A stretch of 64,000 bases of DNA from Acidimicrobiia bacterium (GCA_029210695.1 JARGFH010000001.1:1-64000), one strand, 5' to 3'; counted from the first letter of the stretch, positions 29,289 through 39,864 are shown. Numbers and translations are program-made. The notes: generated by a model from the sequence alone, not told the origin.

Positions 29289-30310
29289 CCAGGGCAATTC
29301 TCGTCACCGGAGCGGGCGGCGTCGGCAAGACCACGCTGTCGGCTGCCATCGCCGTCCGGGCCGCCCGGTCGGGAAGACGCACACTCGCCCTCACCGTAGA
29401 CCCGGCCCGGCGTCTGGCAGACGCGCTTGGTGTCGGAACGCTCGGAGCGGTTCCAACCGCCAATGCGGAACTCGACCTTCTCTGGGGGGCAATGCTCGAC
29501 GCCGAGCATTCGTGGGATGCGGTTGCACGACGCCATGCCGATCCGGAGGTAGCCGAACGGCTCGTATCCTCCGAGTTCTTCCGGGTGGCCGCCAGACATT
29601 TCCCGGCCAGCCAGTCGTATGCCGCCGCTGAACGGATGGCCGACCATCTGGAGAGCGGCGAGTGGGATGTGGTGGTCGTGGATACTCCACCGGCGGCCGG
29701 CGGCATCGAGTTTTTCACTGCGCCGGCGGAGACCCGCGATCTCGTCGGTGGACGCCTCATCCGCTGGATCACCGGTGGCCCGCTTCCGGGTCGACGCAGC
29801 TTGTTCCGAATCGCCGGACGTCCGGCCCTTCGGATGGCGAGCGCAGTGCTCGGCTCCGATCTACTCGAAAGAGTGGCCGAGTTCCTGTTTGATCTCCGCA
29901 CAACCCACGACAGTGTTTCCCGGCGAGCGGCCGCCATCGAGCGGCACTTCCGGCAGGCATCGACTCTCGTCGTGACGACCGCAGATCCGGCGCCCTTGCG
30001 AGAAGCGGAGCGATTCTTCCGTGAGCTCCCCAAGGTCGCCAGCCGCCCGGAACTGGTTGTGTTCAATCGATCGCTCCCAGACTCCTGGATGACGGGGCGG
30101 GCACCGGCAGACACGCCTCCGGTTCTGGCCGACAATCTGCGCAGATGGTCGTCTGAAGCAATACGACAAGCGGCGCATCGCGGAGAGTTCGCAGCCCACC
30201 ACAAGACGGCCCTGGCAACGGTCCCCTGGCAACCAGAGAGCCCGACCAGCCTTCACGCGCTGGACGAGTTGTTCATCAGGTCTGAGGGCCTGGAAGTCCT
30301 GGGGTTCTGA
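29285..30310 (+). CDS. ArsA/Get3-like ATPase, subunit 2
   Basis: GAGGVGKTT, TVDPARRLADALG, VVDTPP; GTGA overlap with subunit 1. Confidence 0.88.
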   Translation: MTRAILVTGAGGVGKTTLSAAIAVRAARSGRRTLALTVDPARRLADALGVGTLGAVPTANAELDLLWGAMLDAEHSWDAVARRHADPEVAERLVSSEFFRVAARHFPASQSYAAAERMADHLESGEWDVVVVDTPPAAGGIEFFTAPAETRDLVGGRLIRWITGGPLPGRRSLFRIAGRPALRMASAVLGSDLLERVAEFLFDLRTTHDSVSRRAAAIERHFRQASTLVVTTADPAPLREAERFFRELPKVASRPELVVFNRSLPDSWMTGRAPADTPPVLADNLRRWSSEAIRQAAHRGEFAAHHKTALATVPWQPESPTSLHALDELFIRSEGLEVLGF

Positions 30311-30324
30311 AGGAGCCTGCGGCT

Positions 30325-33300
30325 CTAGAGTATCGATTTCTGTCCGAAGAGCTCGCGCAGCTCCGCATAGAGGTCGCTGCGCGGCTCGACGCGGTGGTCG
30401 TCGCCCAGCTTCAACACCTTGTGGCCGGTGTCCGTCGTCATGTGGAGATACACGGGGGCTTGACCCGGATGGTTGATCAACACATCCTTCAATTGCTTGA
30501 CCCGCTCGGGTGAGAGCAAGCGGGCGGGAATCTCGAGCGTCACCGCGCCGTCGGGATCGAGTTGCGGTTCCTCGATGCCGTAGGCCATGACCTTGACATC
30601 ATCTCCACGATGGTCGAGGCGACCCTTCACCAGCAGAATTGCATCCTCGCGAATCAGCGGTCCGCACTCGTTGACGGTGCGCGGGAATGCAACGACTTCG
30701 ACGGAACCGGCCAGATCCTCAATGGTGAAGTAGATCATCTGATCACCGTTACGGGTGAAGCGGCGATTGATGCCCGAAACCAGACCACCAACCGTGATAG
30801 ACGCCCCGTCGGTGAGTTCCATCAGATCCGGAATACCGCAGGTGACGACACGTCGCAACAGCCCCTCGACACCGAGCAACGGATGGTCGGAGATGAACAG
30901 GCCCAGCATCTCCTTCTCGAATCCGAGTTTCGTCCGTTTGTCCCACTCGTCATCCGGAATCTCGACGACGTCGGAGAAGACCTCTTGCTCGCCGCCGAAG
31001 AGGCTGAACTGACCGAGATCCTCTTTGCGTCTGCGGGCAATCGTTGATTCGAGTATCTGCTCGAACGTCAGGATCAGTCCCTTCCGAGCCAATCCGAGCG
31101 CATCGAACGCGCCGGCCTTGATGAGCGATTCCACGGTCCGGCGGTTGAGCGCGGAGACGTCGACGCGGTCCACGAAGTCCTGGAAATCGATGAACGGCCC
31201 TCCCAAAGTCCGCGCCTCGATGATCCTCTCCACAACGCCTTCCCCCACGTTGCGTATCGCCGAGAGACCGAACCGGATCTTGCCGGAGCGCACTGTGAAA
31301 TCAACCTCGGATTCGTTCACATCCGGCACCAGCACGCCCGAACCCATGTTCCGGCATTCGCCCAAGTAAAGGGCGGTTCGGTCTTTGTCCTTTTTGGTCG
31401 AGGTGAGGATGGCCGCCATGTATTCGGCCGGATGGTGAGCCTTGAGGTAGGCCGTCTGAAATGCGATATAGGCGTAACAGGCGCTGTGCGGGATGTTGAA
31501 GCCGTAGCCGGCGAACGGTTCGATGGCATCCCACAGCTCCCGACCGAGATTCACCGGGTGACCCTGCGCCGCGCACCCCTCCGCGAATTTCTGCTTCTCG
31601 GCATTCATCACCGATTTGATCTTCTTACCCATCGCCTTGCGGAGGTTGTCGGCTTCGGCCATCGAGTAGCCGGCCAGGTCGCGGGCGACCTGCATGACCT
31701 GTTCCTGGTAGACGATTATCCCGTACGTAGATTCGAGGAACGGTTTGGTGGCGGGATGCGGGTACTCAACCGGCTTTCGGTTGTTCTTGCGCTCTGCGTA
31801 TTCGTAGTGCATGTTCTGACCCATGGGACCGGGACGAAACAATGCGTTGGTGGCAACGATGTGATCGAATGTTTCCGGTTGAAGCGAGCGGATCAGCGAC
31901 CGCATCGCAGAGCCCTCCAACTGGAAAACACCAACGGTGTCTGTGTTTCGGATCAACTCGAAGGTCTCCGGATCGTCCAGCGGGACACTGTCTATGTCGA
32001 TGATCCCGCCACCGGATGCCTCGATCAACTCCAGCGTCCGCTCAATGATCGCCAGTGTGCGAAGACCGAGGAAGTCCATCTTGAGCAGGCCGAGGTCGGC
32101 AATTCCGTGCATCTCGTACTGCGTGACGATCTCGGCGCCTTCGCCCTTCTGCTGGATGGGCACGAGTCCGGTCAGGGGCTCCGGAGCAATGACGACTGCC
32201 GCCGCATGGATTGAATCCTGCCTGCGAAGTCCTTCGAGGCCTTTGGCGGCATCGACCACCTGACGGACTTCTGCCTCGGCCTCATAGGCCTCCCGCAAGC
32301 CCGCCGCATTGGAAAACCAGTCTTTGACGGTGACGTCGGCCTCCAACGCCGGGGGCGTCAGACACTGCTCCAGCGAAGGCTCTTTGCCGAGAATCGCCGG
32401 AGGCATCAGCTTGGCAACCCGGTCCCCGAGGCCGTATGGATGTCCCAGGACCCGGGCGGCGTCGCGAATGGCCTGCTTCCCCTTGATGGTGGAGAAGGTG
32501 ATGATCTGAGCAACGTGGTCGGACCCGTATTTCTCTGCTGCGTATCGAATCATTTCGCCGCGATAGCGTTCATCGAAGTCCATGTCGATGTCGGGCATCT
32601 CCCGGCGGCCGGGATTGAGGAACCGCTCGAAGATCATGCCGTACTGGAGCGGATCGAGGTCGGTGATCCGCAGGCAATACGAAACGATGGAACCGGCCGC
32701 ACTACCGCGACCAGGTCCAACGCGGATCCGCTGCTGGCGGGCATAGCGAATGAGATCCCACACGATGAGGAAGTAGGCGGGAAAACCCATGTCGTCGATG
32801 ATGCGTAGTTCGTGTTCGATTCGCTCCCGAGCATCATCCGGCACCGGATCGCCGTACCGGACCCTGGCCCCCTCCTCGACCAGCTCTCGAAGGAATGACT
32901 GCTCTGTGTGCGCCTCTGGAACGGGGAATACCGGCAACAGGAAGTTGCCGAACTCCAGCTCCACGTTGGCCCGCTCGGCGACCCACAACGTGTTGGTGAG
33001 AGCACCGGGGAAGCGCTCCTCCGGGAACAGGGATCGCATCTCCGCCGCGGTTTTCACGTAGAGGCCGGATCCCTCGAATCGAAATCGATTCTGATCGTCG
33101 AGTGTCGAACCGGTCTGAATGCACAGGAGCACATCGTGGGCGGCCGCATCCTCGGCGGTGATGTAGTGAGAGTCGTTGGCAGCCAGCAGCGGAGCGCCGA
33201 GCTTGCGCGAGATATCCGCGAGATCGGGCAGAATTCGTCGCTGCGCCTCGATCCCATGATCCCCCAGCTCGATGAAGAAGTTGTCGCGGCCGAAGATGTC

Positions 33301-33831
33301 CTGATACATCGCGGCAGCCTCGACGGCGCCGTCGAAATCCCTGCTCAGCTGCGTGTTGCCCTCTTCCCGCGAGGCGTCCGGAGCTAGCAGGCTCGGCACG
33401 TGGCCGCCGAGGCAGCCGGAGGTGGCGATGATGCCCTCGGAGTAACGGCTGAGCAGTTCGACATCCATCCGTGGCTTGTAGTAGTAGCCCTCGAGGTACG
33501 ACTTGCTGACGAGTTGCATGAGATTGCGGTAGCCGGTCTGGTTCTCTGCGAGCAACGTCATGTGATGCCGGATATTCTCGGCGCGGGCGGGCCGATCGAA
33601 CCTGCTGCCCGGTGTCACATAGGCTTCGACCCCGATGATCGGCTTGATGCCGGCGCCGGTCGCAGCCTTGTAGAAGTCGACGACGCCGTACATGACACCG
33701 TGATCCGTGATCGCAACCGCCGGTTGCCCGTCGGCTTTCACGGCGGCTACCAGATCCTTGACCCGCGCCGCACCGTCGAGCATCGAGAACTCTGTGTGAA
33801 CGTGGAGGTTAGCGAAGCTATCGCGGTCCAT
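30325..33831 (-). CDS. dnaE: DNA polymerase III alpha subunit
   Basis: PHP LHVHTEFSMLDG, GRGSAAGS, PDIDMD, KMDFLGL, C-terminal OB fold. Confidence 0.98.
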   Translation of the reverse strand: MDRDSFANLHVHTEFSMLDGAARVKDLVAAVKADGQPAVAITDHGVMYGVVDFYKAATGAGIKPIIGVEAYVTPGSRFDRPARAENIRHHMTLLAENQTGYRNLMQLVSKSYLEGYYYKPRMDVELLSRYSEGIIATSGCLGGHVPSLLAPDASREEGNTQLSRDFDGAVEAAAMYQDIFGRDNFFIELGDHGIEAQRRILPDLADISRKLGAPLLAANDSHYITAEDAAAHDVLLCIQTGSTLDDQNRFRFEGSGLYVKTAAEMRSLFPEERFPGALTNTLWVAERANVELEFGNFLLPVFPVPEAHTEQSFLRELVEEGARVRYGDPVPDDARERIEHELRIIDDMGFPAYFLIVWDLIRYARQQRIRVGPGRGSAAGSIVSYCLRITDLDPLQYGMIFERFLNPGRREMPDIDMDFDERYRGEMIRYAAEKYGSDHVAQIITFSTIKGKQAIRDAARVLGHPYGLGDRVAKLMPPAILGKEPSLEQCLTPPALEADVTVKDWFSNAAGLREAYEAEAEVRQVVDAAKGLEGLRRQDSIHAAAVVIAPEPLTGLVPIQQKGEGAEIVTQYEMHGIADLGLLKMDFLGLRTLAIIERTLELIEASGGGIIDIDSVPLDDPETFELIRNTDTVGVFQLEGSAMRSLIRSLQPETFDHIVATNALFRPGPMGQNMHYEYAERKNNRKPVEYPHPATKPFLESTYGIIVYQEQVMQVARDLAGYSMAEADNLRKAMGKKIKSVMNAEKQKFAEGCAAQGHPVNLGRELWDAIEPFAGYGFNIPHSACYAYIAFQTAYLKAHHPAEYMAAILTSTKKDKDRTALYLGECRNMGSGVLVPDVNESEVDFTVRSGKIRFGLSAIRNVGEGVVERIIEARTLGGPFIDFQDFVDRVDVSALNRRTVESLIKAGAFDALGLARKGLILTFEQILESTIARRRKEDLGQFSLFGGEQEVFSDVVEIPDDEWDKRTKLGFEKEMLGLFISDHPLLGVEGLLRRVVTCGIPDLMELTDGASITVGGLVSGINRRFTRNGDQMIYFTIEDLAGSVEVVAFPRTVNECGPLIREDAILLVKGRLDHRGDDVKVMAYGIEEPQLDPDGAVTLEIPARLLSPERVKQLKDVLINHPGQAPVYLHMTTDTGHKVLKLGDDHRVEPRSDLYAELRELFGQKSIL

Positions 33832-33935
33832 GGGTCCGAACTACATCAGTGGGATTCCCGACTGTAGCAGTTGGCCCGGTCCCTGAATCGCGAGGCGAGA
33901 GGTTCATTTCGCGTCTCCAGTCGCCCCGACCTCCA

Positions 33936-34763
33936 TCAGACGAAGATGACCAGGAACAAAGCTACGAGTCCGATCGCGGCGGCGATGGCCGTCCGGTTCA
34001 TCGTCGTCTTTTTCGGGACCAGGCCCCACAGATAACCGATGACGAGGCCGGCCAGGAATCCGCCCAGGTGGCCCTGCCAGGAGATCCGCGGTACGACGAA
34101 CGAGAACACCGCGTTGATGCCCAGCAGGATGACGAGCTGACGGTAGAGGGCGGCGCCTGCTCGTGTATGCCGCACCCGCCAGGACCCGACCAGCCAAACT
34201 CCGAATAGCCCGAAAATGGCCCCGGAGGCGCCGACGAGCACCGTGAACTCGGCGCTGAGGAAATACGCGGCCGCTCCCCCGGCGGCGGCCGTCGACAGGT
34301 ACAGGACCGCGAACGTAGACGAGCCGATCTGTCGTTCGAGTTCGGGCCCAAACACGTACAACGCCCACATATTGAACAGAAGGTGAGTCGAACTCCCGTG
34401 CAGAAACGCGGCGGTGAGGACTCGCCACCACTCTCCGTCCGCGACCAGCCAGTTGGCCTGGGCGGCGTTCTGTTCGATCAGGTCCCGTGCCCATTGCACC
34501 GTCGGTTCGGCCAGACCCGGCACGACCCGAGGCGCCAGGAACAGCACGACCGCCACTCCGATCAATCCGAACGACACAGGAGTTGGTCGGTTGAGCAGTT
34601 GTCTGGCCGTGACCTGCCGGGCGGCCGGGCGGGCGCATTCGAAACACTTCTGACCTGCTGGGGTGTCGACGGCACACTCGATGCAGATCGGCTTGCCGCA
34701 CGTAGCGCAGCCCAGGAGGGTCTCTCGATCTGGATGGCGATAGCAGACGGTACCCGTTTCCAT
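33936..34763 (-). CDS. Rhomboid intramembrane serine protease with N-terminal Zn-finger
   Basis: CYRHPDRET..C..CGKPICIEC; WRVLTAAFLH, HLLFNM, GASG, HLGG. Confidence 0.93.
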   Translation of the reverse strand: METGTVCYRHPDRETLLGCATCGKPICIECAVDTPAGQKCFECARPAARQVTARQLLNRPTPVSFGLIGVAVVLFLAPRVVPGLAEPTVQWARDLIEQNAAQANWLVADGEWWRVLTAAFLHGSSTHLLFNMWALYVFGPELERQIGSSTFAVLYLSTAAAGGAAAYFLSAEFTVLVGASGAIFGLFGVWLVGSWRVRHTRAGAALYRQLVILLGINAVFSFVVPRISWQGHLGGFLAGLVIGYLWGLVPKKTTMNRTAIAAAIGLVALFLVIFV

Positions 34764-34860
34764 GGTCGACCACGCTAATCGAACAGCGGACATGCGTATC
34801 CTCACTCATAGGCGCGGCCACTACAGTTGTTGTCGTCCAAAGCCTCAAGGGAGAAACCAA

Positions 34861-35754
34861 ATGAGTGACGAGTTGTTCATCCTCGCCTTCGATCACCGGG
34901 GAAGTTTCAAGTCGAAGATGTTCGGGATCAGCGGTCGCGATGCCACCGCCGACGAGCAAGCGGCCCTCCAGGACGCCAAGCGTCTCGTATACGAAGGCGC
35001 CCTCAAGGCAGTCGACGACGGGCTCTCCCCGGACCTCGTCGGTGTGCTCGTCGATGAGGAGATGGGTGCCGATGTGGCCCGCGATGCCAAGCAGAGGGGC
35101 ATCAAGCTGGCGATGCCGGTCGAGTCGTCCGGCCAACCTCTCTTCGATTTCGAGTACGGCGACGAGTTCGGAGACCACATTGAGCGCTTCGACCCTGAGT
35201 TCTCGAAGGTGCTCGTCCGCTGGAACCCGGACGATGCTCCGGAGGACAACCGCATCCAGGGCGAGCGCCTGAAGCGACTAGGCGACTGGTTACGCGACAA
35301 GGGACGTACCTACCTCTTCGAGTTGCTGGTGCCGCCGACCGACCAACAACTTGCTCTCGTCGGGTCGGCTGCCGACTACGACTCGGAGGCCCGCCCGTAT
35401 CTCACCCTCCAAGCGATCCGACAGATCCTCGATGCCGGCGTGGAGCCTGATATCTGGAAGATCGAAGGTCTCGACCGCCGGCGCAACTGTGAGCTGCTGT
35501 CCGATCTCGTCAGATCCGGTGGACGCGATGACGTCATCGCCGTCGTCCTCGGCCGTGGTGCAGACGATGCCAAGGTCGACCACTGGCTGCGGATGGGATC
35601 CGGCGTGCCCGGCTACGCAGGATTTGCCATCGGCCGGTCGATCTGGTGGGCAGGCGTCGAGGGCTACAAGGATGGAAAGATGAGCCGCGCAGAGGCCGTC
35701 GATTCGATCTCCGCCAACTACCGTCGCTTCGTCGACGTCTACCAGGCTGGATGA
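34861..35754 (+). CDS. Stand-alone DUF2090 (IolC C-terminal) class I aldolase-like protein
   Basis: LAFDHR, KVLVRWNP, ELLVP, DIWKIEG, VLGRGA, GFAIGRSIW; SD GGGAG. Confidence 0.85.
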   Translation: MSDELFILAFDHRGSFKSKMFGISGRDATADEQAALQDAKRLVYEGALKAVDDGLSPDLVGVLVDEEMGADVARDAKQRGIKLAMPVESSGQPLFDFEYGDEFGDHIERFDPEFSKVLVRWNPDDAPEDNRIQGERLKRLGDWLRDKGRTYLFELLVPPTDQQLALVGSAADYDSEARPYLTLQAIRQILDAGVEPDIWKIEGLDRRRNCELLSDLVRSGGRDDVIAVVLGRGADDAKVDHWLRMGSGVPGYAGFAIGRSIWWAGVEGYKDGKMSRAEAVDSISANYRRFVDVYQAG

Positions 35755-35820
35755 TCTGGTCGCGCAAACGCGACCAGATGACTCAGAACCACACGACAGA
35801 AGGCACAATCGGAGTTCACC

Positions 35821-36969
35821 ATGCGTATCGGCATTCTGACCGGAGGAGGCGACGTCCCCGGCCTCAACCCATGCATAAAGGCGGTGGTCAACCGCGTGGC
35901 CGAGCAGGGCCATGAGGTTATCGGCATCCGGCGCGGCTGGGGCGGGGTGCTGGAACACAATCCGGCGGATCCCGACTCGGCTGCCCGGCATTACCTGACA
36001 TTGAGCCCGGATGTCGTGAGAACGATCGACCGCACCGGCGGCACCATGTTGCACACGTCACGCACGAACCCCCAGCGGGTCCGCACCAAGGATGTTCCCG
36101 ACTTCCTCCAGGACCAGATCAGCGGTGAAGGACCCCACGACTTCACCAACCACGCTCTGCGGGTGCTGGAGGACCAGAAACTCGACGTCCTCATCCCGAT
36201 CGGCGGCGATGACACCCTGTCGTTCGGTCAGCGCCTCCACGAAGAAGGCTTCCCGGTCATCGCCATCCCCAAGACGATGGACAACGACGTGCACGGGACC
36301 GAGTACTGCATCGGGTTCTCCACTGCAGTCACCCGCGGCGTGCAGTTCATCACGAACCTGCGTACCGCCACCGGATCCCACGAGCGGATCGCCGTCGTCG
36401 AGTTGTTCGGACGCAACAGCGGCGAGACCTCGCTCGTCACGGCCTACCTCTCCGGCGTGGATCGGGCCGTCATCTCAGAGGTTCCGTTCGACATCGATCG
36501 TTTGTGCAACTTCCTGGTTGAAGACCGGGCCAAGAACCCGAGCAACTACGCGATATTGACGATCTCCGAAGGAGCCCAGTTGATCGGTGGCGACATCGTT
36601 GAACGAGGTGAGGCCGATGCGTTTGGACATCGCAAGCTCGGAGGTATCGGAGATATCACCGCACAGTTGATCAAGGAACGGACCGGTATCTCGATCATCG
36701 AGCAGCGCCTCGCCTACTTGATGCGCTCGGGAAGCCCCGATTCGCTGGACCTGATGGTGGCGATCAACTACGCGGTAATGGCGGCGGACCTGGCCATGGA
36801 GGGAGCAACCGGACGGATGGTTGCGCTGCGCGGCGGAACCTATACGAGCGTACCGATTTCAGTCACCACCGAAGGCTTGAAACGAGTGGACATCGACGAG
36901 CTCTACGACCGGGACGAGTACCGACCCAAAGTCCGTCATGTCAGCGGCAAACCGATGTTCCTGTACTGA
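35821..36969 (+). CDS. pfkA: 6-phosphofructokinase, PfkA family, PPi-type signature
   Basis: [28 protein letters not shown]. Confidence 0.9.
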   Translation: MRIGILTGGGDVPGLNPCIKAVVNRVAEQGHEVIGIRRGWGGVLEHNPADPDSAARHYLTLSPDVVRTIDRTGGTMLHTSRTNPQRVRTKDVPDFLQDQISGEGPHDFTNHALRVLEDQKLDVLIPIGGDDTLSFGQRLHEEGFPVIAIPKTMDNDVHGTEYCIGFSTAVTRGVQFITNLRTATGSHERIAVVELFGRNSGETSLVTAYLSGVDRAVISEVPFDIDRLCNFLVEDRAKNPSNYAILTISEGAQLIGGDIVERGEADAFGHRKLGGIGDITAQLIKERTGISIIEQRLAYLMRSGSPDSLDLMVAINYAVMAADLAMEGATGRMVALRGGTYTSVPISVTTEGLKRVDIDELYDRDEYRPKVRHVSGKPMFLY

Positions 36970-37997
36970 TGAGCGGGGTCATCGGCGTTCTCACGGCCGG
37001 AGGGGATTGCCCCGGGCTCAACGCGGTTATTCGAGCGGTAGTCAGCCGTGCAACCGAACACCACGACGCCGAGGTAGTCGGCGTGCTCAACGGATGGGAA
37101 GGGTTGATGGAAGGCCGTACGCGCCCGCTCGACCGCGATGACGTGCGCGGCATCCTCCAGCGTGGTGGGACCATCCTCGGCACCTCCCGCAAGGATCCCT
37201 ACGTGCACGGCGACGGATATGAGAGCGTGCGCGGAACGATCGAACGAAACGGCATCGAATCTTTGATCGTCATCGGCGGTGACGGCACCCTCCGCACTGC
37301 ATTGAAGCTGTCGGAAGACGGCCTTCAGGTCATCGGCGTCCCGAAGACGATCGACAACGACATCGCCGCCACCGACTACACCTTCGGCTTCGACACCGCG
37401 CTGAGCATCGCCACCGATGCCGTGGATCGGATCGCCACGACGGCAGAATCACACAACCGGATCATGCTCGTCGAGGTGATGGGAAGGACGAAGGGGTGGA
37501 TCGCCACCTACGCGGCCATCGCCGGAGGAGCCGACGCTCTGCTCATCCCGGAAGTCCCGTACGACCTCGACGACATCGCCGGCATGATCAAGAAACGGCA
37601 CCGCCGCGGGCGCACATACTCGGTGGTGGTCGTAGCAGAGGGCGTTCCTCCTCCTGCCGGGCGTGAAGTGAACCTGTCGATCGATGCGTTCGGGTTCGAA
37701 CGTCTCGGTGGTGTTGCCTACCAGATCGCTCCGGAATTGGAGCAACGGACTGGTTTCGAGACGAGAGTGACGGTTCTCGGCCATCTCCAGAGGGGCGGAA
37801 CCCCGACGGCCTTCGACAGGGTGTTGGGGACCCGGTTCGGGGCGGCTGCCGTCGACCTGGCCATGGCCGGCGAGACCCGGGTCATGGTTGCCGTGCGAGG
37901 CGACAAGATGACGGCGATACCGCTCGGTGAGGCCTGCGAGAGCATCCGGGGAGTAGATCCGGACCTCTACGATCTCGCCGCCACGTTTTTCAACTAG
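36969..37997 (+). CDS. pfkA: 6-phosphofructokinase, PfkA family, ATP-type signature
   Basis: LTAGGDCPGLN, GGDGT, PKTIDND, EVMGR, LGHLQRGG. Confidence 0.92.
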   Translation: MSGVIGVLTAGGDCPGLNAVIRAVVSRATEHHDAEVVGVLNGWEGLMEGRTRPLDRDDVRGILQRGGTILGTSRKDPYVHGDGYESVRGTIERNGIESLIVIGGDGTLRTALKLSEDGLQVIGVPKTIDNDIAATDYTFGFDTALSIATDAVDRIATTAESHNRIMLVEVMGRTKGWIATYAAIAGGADALLIPEVPYDLDDIAGMIKKRHRRGRTYSVVVVAEGVPPPAGREVNLSIDAFGFERLGGVAYQIAPELEQRTGFETRVTVLGHLQRGGTPTAFDRVLGTRFGAAAVDLAMAGETRVMVAVRGDKMTAIPLGEACESIRGVDPDLYDLAATFFN

Positions 37998-38024
37998 GGA
38001 GCTCGAAAGGCCGGGGTCTCTTCG

Positions 38025-38948
38025 TCAGCCGTGGATTGACCCGTAGTCGGGTTCGCCGAGCGTTTCGAGTGACCGTGCCAGGTCATCCGGGCGCGGGGCG
38101 TCGACCTCCAGGCGGGCGCCGGTCAGCGGATGATCTAACTCCAGGTGGTGTGCATGCAGCCACAGCCGCCCGGCTCCCGACCGCGGTCCACCCTTGCCGT
38201 ACACGCGATCATCGAACACGGGATGGCCGATCGAGCTGAGGTGAACCCGGATCTGATGTGTTCGTCCCGTCTCGAGCGCCAGATCCAGCAGCGAAGCCCT
38301 CTCTCCCCAGGCAGCCCGCACGGTGTAGTGAGTGCGGGCCGGCCGGCCTTCCGCCACCACGGCCATCCGGGTCGCCCGATCCGGGTCGCGCGCGATGGGC
38401 GCATCGATCGTACCCGTGTTCATGTGAAGTCGACCGTGCACGAGAGCGAGGTAATCCCGGGAAACCGTTCGAGCGCCGATGGCCGCCTGTAGCGCCGTGA
38501 GCGCCTCGACGGTCTTGGCGACCAGCAGCAAACCGGACGTCTCGCGGTCGAGACGGTGCACGATGCCCCACCTACCCTCCTCGCCGACCCCCCGGATTTC
38601 GGGCCAGCGGGCCAGGAGGCCGCCGGCCAGCGTCCCCAAATCCCGGCCGGCGCCTGGATGCACGACGATCCCGGCAGGTTTGTCCACGACGGCGATCCAC
38701 TCGTCCTCGTATCGCACCGTGAACGGAACTGTGGCATCCGGTGGCAGAGGGGCATCGGCAACGGGCGCCGGAAAGCAGACGACCACCCCGACCGCCAGCC
38801 GCTCGCTGGCGGCGACCGGTCTGCCGTCTGCTTCAACCTCACCCCCACCGACCAGGCGGGTGGCGGCCGACCGGCTTATCCCGGCGAGGACGGCGATGAC
38901 CTTATCCAGCCGCTCTCCGGCCAGTTCCGGCGGTACTACGTGCGTCAG
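38025..38948 (-). CDS. rluD: RluA/RluD-family pseudouridine synthase
   Basis: S4 domain GERLDKVI, VDKPAG, HRLDRETSG, TGRTHQIRVH; start uncertain (CTG at 38948 proposed; track ORF starts 39026). Confidence 0.9.
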   Translation of the reverse strand: MTHVVPPELAGERLDKVIAVLAGISRSAATRLVGGGEVEADGRPVAASERLAVGVVVCFPAPVADAPLPPDATVPFTVRYEDEWIAVVDKPAGIVVHPGAGRDLGTLAGGLLARWPEIRGVGEEGRWGIVHRLDRETSGLLLVAKTVEALTALQAAIGARTVSRDYLALVHGRLHMNTGTIDAPIARDPDRATRMAVVAEGRPARTHYTVRAAWGERASLLDLALETGRTHQIRVHLSSIGHPVFDDRVYGKGGPRSGAGRLWLHAHHLELDHPLTGARLEVDAPRPDDLARSLETLGEPDYGSIHG

Positions 38949-39433
38949 CGGCGGCGGAAGGTCGCCAGGATCAGCAGCACCGCCCCCACCGAGATCGCGC
39001 TGTCTGCGATATTGAAGTTTGGCCATAGCGGTGTTCCGATCCAGTCGACGACGGCACCGTCAAACCAGCCTGGTCCCCGAGCGATGCGATCAATCAGGTT
39101 ACCAAGCGCTCCTCCCATGATCGCACCAAGGGTGATCGCCTCATACCGCTTCTCGACCGAGCGTAGGGCGTAGATGATCAATCCGGTGGCGACGAGGGCG
39201 GCCACGGCGATGAGACTCCCGCCCCCTTTGAACAGCCCGTAGGCGGCGCCGGTATTGAACGAGAGCTGGAACTCGAGCACTCCGTCGAGGACGACGATCC
39301 GACCATCTGCCAGCGCATTGAGCGCCCAAAGCTTGGTCAGCCGGTCGGCCAGAATGACGACGGCCGCGGTACCCCCGGCGAGCGCAAGTGCACGTCGCTC
39401 TATGGGATTCGATTCAGCGTCTGTCTCTGGCAC
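38945..39433 (-). CDS. lspA: Lipoprotein signal peptidase II
   Basis: DRLTK, NTGAAYG, GALGNLIDR, VVDWI, FNIAD; start approximate. Confidence 0.93.
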   Translation of the reverse strand: MPETDAESNPIERRALALAGGTAAVVILADRLTKLWALNALADGRIVVLDGVLEFQLSFNTGAAYGLFKGGGSLIAVAALVATGLIIYALRSVEKRYEAITLGAIMGGALGNLIDRIARGPGWFDGAVVDWIGTPLWPNFNIADSAISVGAVLLILATFRRR

Positions 39434-39788
39434 AGTCAACGCAGAGCGTGACATAGGGAAGGGCCTCCAACCGGGCAACCGGTACGGAAGTGCCACATGA
39501 CTCGCAAATGCCGTACTCGCCTCGCTCGAGTCGACCGAGCGCATACTCGACCTTGATCAGAAGATCGGCGGCGTTCTGATCGATCGAGAGTTCCTTCTCG
39601 TACTCAAAGGCCATGGATCCGCCCTCAGCCGTCATCGGGTCCGGGCTGCGTTCTGACGCCGTCTCAGCAAGGCGTGCTTCTTCACGCTCCTGCTCATGTT
39701 CGGCGAGCAGACGCGCCAGGCTCTCGCGCTCCTCTTCGAGCTTCTGGCGGAGCCGATTGAGGGTCCCTGCTGAGAGTTGACGAGCCAT
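39414..39788 (-). CDS. TraR/DksA C4 zinc-finger protein
   Basis: Coiled coil plus YGICESCG...RLEALP...LCVDCA; SD AGGAGG. Confidence 0.9.
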   Translation of the reverse strand: MARQLSAGTLNRLRQKLEEERESLARLLAEHEQEREEARLAETASERSPDPMTAEGGSMAFEYEKELSIDQNAADLLIKVEYALGRLERGEYGICESCGTSVPVARLEALPYVTLCVDCARDRR

Positions 39789-39864
39789 GTTCCTCCTCTT
39801 GGCGGGAGAACCTAGCAGGATGTGAGCCGCGGGCCGATCGTCTGTGTGCGATCTGAGGTCCCGC

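Noticed and set aside
30325..33831. Intein or split in dnaE or polA
   Set aside because: Lengths are normal and no intein motifs are visible
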